Below are positions 44,763 to 55,954 of a DNA stretch of 64,000 bases, in pieces; the first letter of the stretch is position 1; every line of letters begins with the position of its first letter. The translations under genes were made by a program, and so were the position numbers. Below the pieces are notes generated by a model, which was given only the letters and a program-made list of their open reading frames with translations, was not told the DNA's origin and did not search any database. Source of the DNA: an uncultured Actinomycetes bacterium (GTDB taxonomy: Bacteria; Actinomycetota; UBA4738; HRBIN12); contig CAVWWK010000004.1 in NCBI GenBank assembly GCA_963758715.1, positions 225,404 to 289,403 of the forward strand, written 5' to 3'.

Positions 44763-45357
44763 TCAGGCTCCCTCGCTCGCGGCCGGCAGGTCGACGGTTC
44801 CGTACAGTCCGTCCACGAGGCGGGCGATCCACCGATCGAGCTCCCACGCGATCGCGCGGTAGGCATCCAGCGGCATGCCGAGGGGATCCGCGACGTCGTC
44901 GTCGTGCGGGTTCCCGGTGAATCCCGAGCGCCTGAGCTCGTCGGCCTGGGCGATCCGTGCCTGGAGGTCGTCCGGCCGCGCGTCGCCGTCGGCCTCCCCA
45001 AGCCCCTCGAGCAGCCGCGTGAGCTCCTTCAGGCTGAAGGTCTTGGCCCGGAGCCCAGGGTCGGAGCGCACGAGGTCATCGACGTGCTCCATCGCCATGC
45101 ACACCACCAGGTCCGCCTCCCGAGGCATGGAGGGCGCCACGACGCGCGCTCGGTGGCGAGCGATGTCACTGCCGAGCTCGGCCGCGGCCATGGATCGACT
45201 CGGGACGGGCGCCCGAACCCTCGAGGCCGGCCGTTCCGGCCGAGGACACCGCGGGCGCGCGGTCCGCGAACCGCGCCAGGAGCGCATCACGCAGCAGCCC
45301 CTCGGCCATCGGGGAGCGGCAGATGTTGCCCGTGCACATGACGAGGATGGCGGTCAT
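44763..45357 (-). CDS. Low-molecular-weight protein-tyrosine phosphatase (one frameshift at about 45190).
   Basis: N-terminal P-loop VMCTGNICRSPMAE (CX5R); the C-terminal part lies in another frame. Confidence 0.75.
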
Positions 45358-45985
45358 GACGAGGGCCGCGAGTCTAGCAGCGGCCCTTCTTCGAGCGACC
45401 CCTCGATGCGTTCGAGCGGGACCTGTCCCCGGCGGAGCAGCCGGGCCGGGCCGTGAGCCAGGTCCACGACGGTGGAGGCATCGCCGACGAGAGGGGCCTC
45501 GTCACACAGGTAGACCGCGACCAGGTCGCCGAACGTCTCCTCGAGCTCGTCGCAGGTCTCCAAGGGCGCGCTCCCAGACCGGTTGGCGCTGGTGACCGCC
45601 AACGGGCCCGAGCGCGCGAGCACGGCCGCGGCCAGGCGATGGCGCGGCACCCGGACACCGACCGTGGTGGGGTCCCCGCCGAGATCCCAATCGCGACTCG
45701 AGGGCCCGCGTTCCAGCACCAGGGTGAGGGCCCCGGGCCAGCAGGAGGCCGCGAGCCGCGCGGCGCGTTCATCCACGACGCGCGATCCGCTCGGCTTCCT
45801 GCAGGGACCCGACGAGCACGGGAAGGGCGCGGTCGTCGGTCCCGCACCTTCGCGTCGAACAGCCGGGCGGTCGCGCCCTCGACGCCGGGCGCGGTGCCGA
45901 TGCCGTAGACGGTGTCGGTCGGCATGACGATCAGCTCGCCTCGCCGTGCCGCGGCTGCGGCGTCGGCGATCGGGTCGGACTTCAC
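45354..45985 (-). CDS. tsaC: L-threonylcarbamoyladenylate synthase TsaC/YrdC-domain protein (two frameshifts).
   Basis: GTG start overlaps the prmC stop (GTGA). PTDTVYGIG...AKGR / TDDRALPVLVGS / ...LTLVLERG...AVTSANRSG sit in three frames. Confidence 0.75.
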
Positions 45986-46815
45986 GCGAGCCTCGCGACG
46001 ATCACCCTGTCGCGGCCGTTGAGGTCGGCCACCGTGATCGGAGCGTCGAATCCGGCGGCGACGGCCAGGTCCGCCACCGCGCCCGCCATCGTCTCGGCGA
46101 TCTCGACGGCGACGATCCCCCCTCGGCGGAGCACGGTGGCGGCGTCCTCGAACAACGCCGCGTAGACCTCGAGCCCACCCACGAGCGCCGAGACGGGATC
46201 GGCCCGCACCTCGGCGGGCAGCCCGTCGAACGCATCCCGCTCCACGTAGGGAGGGTTGCTGACGACCGCGTCGACATGACCTGCGAGCGACGCCGGGACG
46301 GGGTCGAGCCCGTCCCCCAGGAGGATCTCGATCGTCGAGGCGAGCCGGGCGGCGTTCTCGCGAGCGAGCGCCACGGCGGCCGGATCGAGGTCCGTGGCGA
46401 GCACACGCGCATCCCGCCGCTCGTCGGCCACGGCGAGCGCGATCGCGCCGGTGCCGGTCCCCACGTCGACGACGATCGGCGACGGCACCGGCTCGAGGGC
46501 GCGCAACACCTCCTCGACGAGCACCTCCGTCTCGGGCCGGGGGATGAACACACCCGGCCGCACGGCCACGACGATGTGGCGGAAGGCCTGGGTTCCCGTG
46601 ATGTGCTGGGTGGGGGTGCCCGTGCATCGACGGCACAAGGCCCGGCCGAAGGCCTTGGCCTCGGCGGCGCTCAGCCCATGCTCCCGGGAGTAGATGCCGG
46701 TCCGGTCCGTCTCGAGGACCCCGGCGAGCAGGAGCTCCGCGGTCGTGCGCGGGCTTTCCACGTCGTGACGCGCGAGGTAGTCGGTGGCCCTGCGAACCAC
46801 CGCCGCGGGTCTCAT
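45982..46815 (-). CDS. prmC: Release-factor glutamine methyltransferase PrmC/HemK.
   Basis: 277 aa. [20 protein letters not shown] overlap with the prfA stop. Confidence 0.88.
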   Translation of the reverse strand: MRPAAVVRRATDYLARHDVESPRTTAELLLAGVLETDRTGIYSREHGLSAAEAKAFGRALCRRCTGTPTQHITGTQAFRHIVVAVRPGVFIPRPETEVLVEEVLRALEPVPSPIVVDVGTGTGAIALAVADERRDARVLATDLDPAAVALARENAARLASTIEILLGDGLDPVPASLAGHVDAVVSNPPYVERDAFDGLPAEVRADPVSALVGGLEVYAALFEDAATVLRRGGIVAVEIAETMAGAVADLAVAAGFDAPITVADLNGRDRVIVARLA

Positions 46816-47907
46816 CGCTCCTGGGCGTCGCCCGCCAGCTGTTCGGATCGCTCGGCGGCGTTGAGCCGGTCGACGAACCCGTCGAGCTCCTGTCCCCCCG
46901 CCAGGACGTCCTGAAGCTGGTGCGACGTGTACTTGATGCGGTGGTCGGTGACGCGGCCGTCGGGGAAGTTGTAGGTCCGGATCTTCTCCGCGCGGTCGCC
47001 GGTCCCGAGCTGGGAACGGCGTGCCGCGGCCTCCTTGGCCTGGGCCTCGTCCTGGGCCTTCTGCAGGAGCCGCGCGCGCAGGTAGCGCAGGGCCTTCTCC
47101 TTGTTCTGGAGCTGGGAGCGCTCCTCCTGGCATTCGACCTTGATGCCGGTCGGCAGGTGCACGACGCGCACCGCCGAATCGGTCGTGTTGACCGACTGCC
47201 CGCCGGGGCCGCTGGATCGGTACACCTCGATCCTCAGATCCTCCGGACGGAGCTCGACCTCGACGTCTTCGGCCTCGGGGAGCACGGCGATGGTCGCGGT
47301 GGAGGTGTGGATGCGGCCCGACGACTCGGTGACGGGCACGCGCTGCACACGGTGCACCCCGGACTCGTGCTTGAGCTTGGCGTGCGCCGTCTTGCCTCGG
47401 ACCTCGAGCGAGACCTCCTTGAACCCACCGATGTCGCTCGGCGAGGACGCGAGCACATCGGTCTTCAGGCGGTGGCGCTCGGCGAAGCGTCGGTACATCT
47501 CGAAGAGCTCGCCCGCCCAGAGCGCGGCCTCCTGCCCGCCCGCGCCCGCGCGGATCTCGACGATCAGATCCTTTCCGTCGTTGGGGTCCTTCGGAACCAA
47601 CAGGTGTTCGAGCGTGGCGCGAAGCTCGTCCGCCCGCTGCTCCGCGCGTTCCGCCTCCTCTTCGAAGAATGCCTGCATCTCCGGATCGGCTTCGGACAGC
47701 GCCAGGTCTCGCGGCGTCTCGCGACTGACCGGATGCGGCCACGTACTCGCGAAAAGGGTGGACGATCTCCTCCAGCTCGGCGAGCGCGATCCCCAGCTCA
47801 CGCATGCGATCGGGGTCGGCCGAGACCTCCGGCGTGGCCATCTCGGCCGCCACCTGCTCGTACCGGGCCTCCACGTCCCGCAGCCGATGTTCCAGATCGG
47901 TCGCCAT
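46812..47907 (-). CDS. prfA: Peptide chain release factor 1 (one frameshift at about 47735).
   Basis: N-terminus [19 protein letters not shown] in one frame. PVT/GGQ core ([24 protein letters not shown]) in another. Confidence 0.88.
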
Positions 47908-47982
47908 GGACCGATCATCCCAGCCGCGGACCGCGATCGCCCGCGACGCGACGCCACGCGGTGCGCCGCAGGAGCCGTGTGC

Positions 47983-48895
47983 CTACGACGAGGCGCCGGG
48001 GTCCGGGCGGTCGTCCTCGAAGTCGAGCTCGATGGATGCGAGGTCGGGGATGTCGACCGCCGTGTCGGTGTCCTCATCGGACGCGCCCCCGGCGAACAGG
48101 TCGTCCAGGTCGACCTCACGGGTGGGTTGCGGGGTGTCCTCCCCCGAGACCCACAGGTCCTCGTAGCGGGGGTCGACGAGGTCCTCGGACGCCTCTGGGC
48201 CCGTCCCTTCGGCCTGGGCCACGGTCTCGGTTTCGGTCGTCCTCGGCGTCGGTCACGGTCACCGTCTCGCCGTCCGCGCCCGCCTCCGGCTCGGCTTCGG
48301 CGCTCGCCGTCTCGGCTTCGTCTTCGACGGCGGGGGGCGACTCCACGACGACCTCGAGGTCCTTCGCCACCGAGAGCAGACGCGACTGCATCTCCTGGAG
48401 CTGCCCCACGAGCAGGTCGCGCCGGGCGGTGAGCCCGGCGAGGATGCGATCGGCTTCGTCTCGCGCGCCTTCGAGCGCCTCGTGTCCCTGCTGGCGGTCC
48501 TGCTCCGCCCGACTCTGCGCGTCGACCCGGATACGATCCGCCTGGGTCTTGGCCTCGACCACCACGCGGTCCGCCTCGGTGTTGGCCTCATCCACGATGC
48601 GGCTCGCCTCGCGGTCGGCGGTGGCGATCAGGCCGGCGAACCGCTTCGAGATCCGCTCGTACGGGTCGCCTTTGGGCTCGGCGGGCATCGGCGGGGCCGG
48701 TTCGGCGGCCTTGGACTCGAGCTTGAGACGGGCATCCTTCAGGTCCTTCTCCAGCGTCTGGACTTGGGTGGCGACGGCCTCGAGATAGTCGCGCACCTGT
48801 TCGGGGTCATAGCCACGGCGGACGGTGGCGAACTCTCGGCGTTTGATCTGTTCGGCACTGGGCAGCAACGGCAGATCGAGGTCGCTGGTGGGCAT
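47983..48895 (-). CDS. DivIVA-domain protein with an acidic C-terminal tail (one frameshift at about 48240).
   Basis: N-terminus [32 protein letters not shown] is DivIVA-like. Coiled coil, then a D/E-rich tail ending ...[12 protein letters not shown]. Confidence 0.7.
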
Positions 48896-49000
48896 GGGGC
48901 GAACCTCCCTTGAGGGGAATCCGGTCGGTTTCACCGAGCATATTGCGGCCGCTCGGACCGCGTTTCAACGACCTGGAACGATGCCCCGTTCGTTCCAGCC

Positions 49001-49917
49001 CTAGCCCGGTGCGCCCGCCGCTTCCTCTTCCCTGCGCCGAACCTCCCTGAAGGAGGCGACGGCGACCTCGATCTGATCGCCGGTGGGCTCCTGGGTGGTG
49101 ATCTTCTGGAGCCAGATGCCCGGCGCCATCAGCGTTCGCATGACCAGCGAGCGTGGGAAGCGTGCGCCCAGGCGCAGCGCCTCGTAGGCGATGCCCGCGA
49201 TCACGGGGATCGCGACGATGCGCGAGCCGATCCGCCACCAGATGCCGGGGGTGCCGAAGAGCGTGAACACGAAGATCGTGATCACCATGACGATGATCAG
49301 GAAGTTCGTGCCGCAGCGGACGTGTTCCTTGGGGTAGCCGTCGATCGCGTCGGGGATCGTCCAGCTCGACGTCGTGCTCGAAGGCGGCGATCGTCTTGTG
49401 CTCGGCGCCGTGGTACATGAACACTCGGTGGATGTCCTTCGTGCGGCCGATCAGCCACAGGTAGCCCACGAACAGCAGCAACACGGAACAGCCCCTCGGC
49501 GATCAACGTCAGCACGCCGCCGCCGAACCGATCCTCCACCCAGGCGAAGGCGGCCGTGGGCCCGAGGATGAAGACGCCGACGAACAGCAGGAGCGCGATC
49601 GCCAGCGAGACCCCCACTTGCCTCGACGTGAGTTGCTCTTCGTCTTCGACCGACTGATTGGCCGCGATCATCAGCGCGCGGATGCCGATCGCGAGCGACT
49701 GGCCCAGGACGATGATCCCTCGCAGGAACGGCTTGCGAAGGATCGGGTGCGCGTCGGCGACCGACTCGATGTCGTGAGACTCGACGTGCATGTCGCCGGC
49801 CGGACGGCGGACGGCGACCGCCCAATGGTGGGCGCCGCGCATCATCACGCCCTCCACGACGGCCTGGCCGCCGTAGAGGTGCGTGGGCGTCTGCGCTGAC
49901 GGATCTTCGTCGGCCAT
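49001..49917 (-). CDS. DUF1385-family protein (at least two frameshifts).
   Basis: [15 protein letters not shown]...HWAVAVR; ...[17 protein letters not shown]...; the C-terminal TM segment lies in a third frame. Confidence 0.65.
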
Positions 49918-49933
49918 CGCGGCGGTGACCGGC

Positions 49934-50161
49934 CTATGCCTTCGCGGCCTGCTGCGCCTGCTTGGTCTTCTCGGCCCGGCGCTGGAAGCGCTCGACGCGG
50001 CCGCCGGTGTCGACGAGCTTCTGCTTGCCCGTGTAGAACGGGTGGCAGTTCGAGCAGATCTCCGCGCGGATCTCGCTGACGGTCGAGCGGGTCTGGAACG
50101 TGTTCCCGCACGAGCAGTGGACGTCAGCGATCTGGTAGTCGGGGTGGATGTCCGGTTTCAT
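49934..50161 (-). CDS. rpmE: 50S ribosomal protein L31, zinc-binding type.
   Basis: 75 aa. CSCG...[10 protein letters not shown]. Confidence 0.93.
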   Translation of the reverse strand: MKPDIHPDYQIADVHCSCGNTFQTRSTVSEIRAEICSNCHPFYTGKQKLVDTGGRVERFQRRAEKTKQAQQAAKA

Positions 50162-50238
50162 CGTGGGTCATGTCTCCTTCTGGGCGCCGCGCCGGGCTCC
50201 CCAGACGTCGTGCAAGGGTACCGTTCACTCCGTAACAA

Positions 50239-50263
50239 CGCCTCGCTATTCCCGGGCGAGGCG
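50239..50263 (-). terminator. Hairpin CGCCUCGC-N10-GCGAGGCG followed by UUGUUACGG on the minus-strand transcript, between rho and rpmE.
   Basis: 8-bp GC stem read directly from the sequence. The 3' tail is only modestly U-rich. Confidence 0.35.
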
Positions 50264-50272
50264 CGCCGAGGA

Positions 50273-51968
50273 TCAGCTTCCGGTTTTCGCGATCTCCTTC
50301 AGGAACTGCTCGTTGGACTTGGTGGCCCGGATCTTGTCGGTGAGCAGCTCGAGCGCGGCGCCGGGCTCCAGCGCGTGGAGGACCCGGCGAAGCTTGATCA
50401 CCTGCGCGAGCTCGGCGGGCGGGAGCAGCAGCTCCTCCTTGCGCGTGCCGCTCGCATCGACGTTGATCGCGGGGAACAGACGCTTCTCCGCGAGCTGCCG
50501 GTCGAGCCGGATCTCCATGTTGCCCGTGCCCTTGAACTCCTCGAAGATCCCCTCGTCCATGCGCGAGCCCGTCTCGATCAGGGCGCTGGCGATGATCGAC
50601 ACGGATCCGCCCTCTTCGATGTTGCGGGCTGCGCCGAAGAAGCGGCGCGGCGGATAGAGGGCTGCGGAGTCGATACCCCCGGACAGGATCTTGCCCGAGG
50701 TGGGCATCGCCAGGTTGTAGGCGCGCGCCAGTCGCGTGAGCGAGTCCAGGATGATGGCGACGTCCTGCCCCTGCTCGGCCAGGCGCTTCGCGCGCTCCAG
50801 CACCAGCTCGGTGACCTGCACGTGCTGATCGGTGGGCTTGTCGAAGGTCGAGTACACGACCTCGGCGGCCGAGACCGTGCGCTGCCAGTCCGTGACCTCT
50901 TCGGGCCGTTCGTCGACGAGCAGCACGATCAGGTGCACCTCGGGGTTCGACGCGACGATGCCGTTGGCGATCTGCTTCAGGATCGTGGTCTTGCCCGCCT
51001 TCGGCGGCGACACGACCATGCCGCGCTGACCCTTGCCGATCGGCGCGATCATGTCGATGATGCGCTCGGCCACGGCGAGCGGCGCGTTCTCGAGGCGGAA
51101 CCGCTCCTCCGGGAACAGCGGCGTGAGCTTGTCGAAGTTGGGCCGGTCCTTCGCCTTCTCGGGGTCCATGTCGTTCACGGACTCGACCTCGAGCAAGGCC
51201 CAGTACTTCTCGTTGTCGCGGGCCTTGCGCACCTTGCCGGTCACGACGTCGCCCTTGCGCAGCGACATCTTGCGAACCTGCGAGAGGGAGACGTAGATGT
51301 CCTCGGACCCGGGCGTGTACCCGGACGTGCGCATGAAGCCGTATCCATCGGGGAGCAGGTCGAGGATCCCGGTCTGCGTCGGCGCGGTCAGGATCTCCTC
51401 GGCGCGCTCCTGCTCTTCGCGGACGCGGCGCTCCTCACGGTTGCGCCGGCGCTCCTCGCGAGAAGGACGCTGCCGCCTGCCGCGGTCCCCGCCCTGGCCA
51501 CCCTGGCCGCCCTGGCCCTGCTGGCCCTGTCCAGGACCACGGTCGCCACGGCCGCGCTCGTCCGGCTGCGACTCGTCACGGTCGCGTCGCCGCGACCTCG
51601 GTCGTCGCGACCCCGTCGTCCGCGCCGGTCGCCCGACCGGTCTTCGTCCGTTGACTCCGGCCCTCGGCTGCGTGCCGCCGGGCGCGGGCGCCGTGTCGGT
51701 CGGACGACGCCTCGGCAGCGGCGCCTGATGCGGCGCCGCCGCTGCTCTCCTCCGTTGTCGCCGCGCGGGGGCGCGGTCGCCCGGTGGCCTCGGCGGTGGC
51801 TCCGGCGCCGGCCTTCGCCGGGCTGCCGTTGCCGCCCGCGACGATCGCGTCGATCAGGCCCGCCTTGCGGAGCCGTTGCGTGCCCTCGATGCCCATGTCC
51901 TGGGCGATGCGCTGCAGCTCGGGTATGAGCTTCTGCTCGAGGGCGCTGCGGTCGGTCGTGGTGTCCAT
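50273..51968 (-). CDS. rho: Transcription termination factor Rho with an actinobacterial R/D/G-rich N-terminal insertion (one frameshift within the insertion, about 51600-51720).
   Basis: N-terminal domain LIPELQRIAQDMGIEGTQRLRKAGLIDAI; insertion ...RRPRSRRRDRDESQPDERGRGDRGPGQGQQGQGGQGG...; core from ...TGILDLLPDGYGFMRTSGY through the ATPase P-loop PPKAGKTT. Confidence 0.88.
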
Positions 51969-51972
51969 GAGG

Positions 51973-52637
51973 CTATGCCTCTCCCTTCAGGTCGTTCTGG
52001 AGCGTGTGCCAGTCGGCCAGGAACTTGTCCAGGCCTTGGTCGGTCAATGGGTGCTTCACCAGCTTGGTGAAGACGTCGTAAGGCATGGTCGCGATGTCTG
52101 CGCCGGCCATCGCCGATTCGATGACATGCATGGGGTGGCGGAGCGAGGCGGCCAGCACGTTGGTGTCGTAGCCCTGCACCGCGTAGATCTCGGTGATCGC
52201 GCGCAGCATACCCATGCCGTCGCTGCCGACGTCATCGAGCCGGCCGAGGAACGGCGAGACGATGTACGCGCCGATCTCGGCCGCCAGGATCGCCTGGGCG
52301 GGCGAGAACACGAGCGTGACGTTGATCTTGATCCCGTCGTCCATCAGTCGCTTGCCCGCCGTGAGCCCGTCGGTCGTCATCGGGACCTTCACGACCGCGT
52401 TCGGCGCCATCTGCGAGAGCCCGACCCCCTGCTCGTACATCGCGTCGGCCTCGCGTCTCGGTGGTCTCGAGCGAGATGTCGCCGGGAACGGCCTCGAGGA
52501 TCTCCTTCCAGACGATGTCGGGGTCCTGGCCCTCCTTCGCGACCAGCGAAGGGTTGGTCGTGACGCCCGACAGCACGCCCCAGCGGCTGGATCTCTCGGA
52601 TCTCCTCGATATCGGCCGTATCAAGGAACAGCTTCAT
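51973..52637 (-). CDS. Fructose-6-phosphate aldolase/transaldolase (Fsa/TalC type), two frameshifts.
   Basis: [20 protein letters not shown] / [15 protein letters not shown]...ETTET / ...[11 protein letters not shown]...[30 protein letters not shown].... Confidence 0.75.
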
Positions 52638-53629
52638 GCGGATCTTCCCTGCCTCTCTGTGGCCGTCGTCCGCCTCGTCGTCGCGGCTCGTGCCGGCGCC
52701 GCGCGGATCTCTGCGGCGCGCTGCGGTGGCGCGCTCCATCACCAGGTCCATCACCGCGGCGATCGACTGGTCGAAGCTGTAGTTCGGCAGCACCGGCACG
52801 CCGTGGGAGAGCGCCTGGCTCTTGACGTAGCTTCTGGAGCCGCCGGATGTTCTCGAATCCTGCCGAGTACCGTTCGGCCGGCCGCGTGGCCACCGCTTCC
52901 TCGCGGGTCGCGAAGTGGGTGAGATGCCGGCCCTCGTCGTCGACACCGAGGATGAACGGCACCGCCAGGATACCGGTCCGGCGTGCGCATCCAGATCGAG
53001 GAATCCGGGCACGATGTGCGCGCCTTCGATGATGATGCCCGTGCCCTCGGTGGCCGCCCGTTCGATCAGCGCGTTGATGCCCACGGAGACCGCGGCGGTC
53101 TGCTCGCGGAACCCGAGCAGCAGGGGGTCGGCCGACTTGCCGGGCTCCCGCAGCGCCAGGTCGGCGTGGAACGAGGACGTGTGCAACGTGGGCATCAGCT
53201 CGGGCGAGAGCATCGAGCGCATGACCTCGCGGATGGCGTCGGTCGCGACCACGCGGACGATGCCCAGACGCGCCGCGAGCTGCGTCGCGATCGTGGACTT
53301 GCCGACCCCGGTCGTGCCCCCGATCAGGATCACGAGCGGGACGTCGAGCCGCTCGACCTCGCGCCAGCGGACGAAGTTCTTCGCGTATCGGTCGCCCGCG
53401 ATCTCGGCGATCACCGCGTGCGCGACGTCGGCGAGCTCATCGCTGGTGACCGAGTCGCATCCCCGGCTCGTGCAGGCTGGTCCTCGATCGCCTCGGCGAC
53501 CTGATACGCGCGGTACGGCGACAGGCCCGTCACCATGACCTGCGAGGCCATCAAGCCCTTGGAGAAGGGCAGGCCGGGCTCACGGTCGGTGATCACGATG
53601 TGGGTGGTCTTGGGTTCCCTCTGGTTCAC
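52621..53629 (-). CDS. 2-phosphoglycerate kinase (COG2074), several frameshifts. The 3' end is uncertain.
   Basis: GTG start overlaps the upstream stop (GTGA). ...[42 protein letters not shown]..., P-loop [46 protein letters not shown]... Confidence 0.6.
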
Positions 53630-54988
53630 CGGCTCGTCCCCCGTCGGGCGACCGCGGCTCGCGCCCTGGCGAGGTCGAGCATGTCGCCCAGCGCCGTGTC
53701 GAGGTCGATCGACCCCTCCACGACGACCGCGCGGTTGTCCACGAACACGACCTCCGCCCCTCGAGCGAGGGCTCGCTCGACGCCGATGTCGACGGCGGCG
53801 GCCTTCAGCTCCGTGAGGAGGACGTCGTATCCCTGGGCTGCATCGAGGTCCTCCGCGAGCCCGGCCCGGTCGGCCAGCCGCGCGCTCCACCCCACGACCT
53901 CGCATCCGTGGCCGCCTGCGAGATGCTCGACCTGTCGCGCGGCCACGCCGCCCGGCGCGGTGGTGGCGAAGAACACCCGCGCGCCCTGCACGTCCGCCAG
54001 AGGCACCGGGATGAAGTCGGTGACCAGCAGCTGCGACCATCCAGGAACCGGAGGACGTGGGAGCGCAGTGCGGGGAGGTTCTCGGGCCCAGAAGCGGGCC
54101 GGAAGCCATGGTAACAACCGCCAGGTCGGAGCGCAACAGCCGGTAGGGGCCCGAGATAGCCCCCCAGGTACTCGGGCGGCAGCGCTCGCCGGGCACGACC
54201 AGGACGCCCGCGTCCCACGGCACGGGAGGGACGGCGGCGCCGCTGCCCTCGAGGACGAGCGACCCCGGGTCGAACGAGCCGCGGCCAGCTCGGCGGCCTC
54301 CCGGACGTTCGTGGCGTACGGCGCTCCCGCGAGGCCGCCGCCGGCCCGCCGCGCGCCGATCGTCGTCACGCCGGTGGTGAGGGCGTCCTCGAGGTAGTCG
54401 GAGGCCGCGTGCTGGCCGTCGCGGACCAGCTCGACGAGCCGATCGAGGTCGACGCTGCCCGCCTCGGCGACCTGCGGCTCGGCGGGCCCTCCCCTGCCCA
54501 TCGCCACGACGACCGGGGTGCAGCGCCGCGGCGCGCGGCGAGCCGGGCGACCTCGCCGCTGATGGCGGTCTTGCCCGGTGCGTTTGCCCGTGCCGATCAC
54601 GGCGATCGTGGGGACCGGGACGGCGGGCCGTCGAGCGGGCGGCGCGAGCCGGAAGTCCGGCGCCCACGTAGCGGCACGCCGCGCGTCAGTGCCACGCGCC
54701 GCAAGCTCCATGCGCTCGCGGTAGCCGAGAACCGGCTCGTCCGACAGGTCGAGCACGACCTCGGGGCCGCCATCGCGTCGATCGCGTCGGCGAGCGCCGG
54801 CCATGCGGTCGGGTCCCGCCGCCACGCTCGGAACGCCGAGGTCGGGCAGCGAACCCGGGTCGATCTTCTCGATGCCGCCGACGAAGACAGCGCCGACCAC
54901 CTCGTGGCCGCGTTCGGTCGCGGTCGCGATGCGCCCATCGGGTCACCGGTGGGTAGTGCTCGCCGTCGACGAGCACCACGGTTCGCAT
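53626..54988 (-). CDS. Cyclic 2,3-diphosphoglycerate synthetase-like protein (CpgS homologue), several frameshifts.
   Basis: Reconstructed across frames: MRTVVLVDGEHYPPVTRW..., AVFVGGIEKIDPG, VLDLSDEPV, IGTGKRTG, VVAMGRGGPAEP, GQHAASDYLEDAL, LVLEGSGAAVPPV, GPYRLLRSDLAVVT, VFFATTAPGG, VLLTELKAAAVDIG. The motif match is from memory of the archaeal enzymes. Confidence 0.55.
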
Positions 54989-55046
54989 CGGTGGATTCCC
55001 TCCTCGGGGCGATGCCGCGTGTCGGTTCGGTGTCGCGAGGTGGTCG

Positions 55047-55838
55047 CTACTCGCCGACGGGCACGGTGCGTTGCTGGATGGGCGCCTCGTGCTCGCGATG
55101 GAGCTGATCGCCCGCGAGCGAGAAGTGGGTCATCACGTGGCTGTCGCCGAACGGGAACCGGCGGTGGATGCTGGACCTGGTCGCCGTCGAACTCCAGCAC
55201 GTTGTAGCACGGCTTGGTGTACCCGCGGACCCGCAAGGACGACACCGTGCCGGCGTTGGCGACGTACATGTTCTCCAGCCGCCAGACGTACGGCACGTGC
55301 TTGTGGCCCGGAAAGCACGACCTGCACGCCGGCGTTGATGAGCACCTCGAGCAGGTCGCCGGCATCCATCACCGTGCTGCGCTCGCGCCCGGTGCCGGGG
55401 ATCGGCAGCAGGTGGTGGTGCAGCACGAACACCTTCAGCGCCGCGGGCTCCTCGAACTGGCGGCGGATCCAGTCGTAGTGGACGCGGCCGACCTTGCCCT
55501 CGTTGAGGTCGGGCTCGCTGGAGTCGACCCCCACGATGCGAACGCCGTCGACGTCGTGAGACCACATGCGAGGGCCGATCAGATCCTCGAAGTGCAGGTA
55601 GCCGACGTTGCGGGAGTCGTGGTTGCCCGGAACGGTGATGATCGGGCGCCTGGATGCGCTCGGCGTAGGCGACCCAGTTCTTGTACTCCTGCCGGTAGCC
55701 CTCGGCGGTGAGGTCCCCGCTGCAGACGACGACGTCGGGCTGCATCTCGTTGATCTCGGCGATCACCCGGTTCATGAGGTTGGGCACGAAGAACGGCGAG
55801 CCGACGTGGGGATCGGAGATGTGGGCGAGGGTGACCAC
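55047..55838 (-). CDS. Calcineurin-like metallophosphoesterase, about three frameshifts.
   Basis: VTLAHISDPHVG...VVCSGDLT...GNHD.../...VFVLHHHLLP...GHKHVPYVW... Confidence 0.6.
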   Translation of the reverse strand: MVTLAHISDPHVGSPFFVPNLMNRVIAEINEMQPDVVVCSGDLTAEGYRQEYKNWVAYAERIQAPDHHRSGQPRLPQRRLPALRGSDRPSHVVSRRRRRSHRGGRLQRARPQRGQGRPRPLRLDPPPVRGARGAEGVRAAPPPAADPRHRARAQHGDGCRRPARGAHQRRRAGRAFRATSTCRTSGGWRTCTSPTPARCRPCGSAGTPSRATTCWSSTATRSSIHRRFPFGDSHVMTHFSLAGDQLHREHEAPIQQRTVPVGE

Positions 55839-55954
55839 GGGTGGCTCCAGTCTAGTGCGGACGCGCGACGCTCGCGTGGCGGCCGGGCGCAGGAGTCCTC
55901 GCCGGTCAATCCGATGGTCTGGCCTCCCACGCGGACCCCTCGATGCCTGGGACG

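Noticed and set aside
46812-47907. Programmed +1 frameshift in prfA, by analogy with prfB
   Set aside because: Programmed frameshifting is a property of RF2 (prfB), not RF1. The break lies among dozens of neighbouring homopolymer indels in essential genes, so an assembly error is the parsimonious reading.
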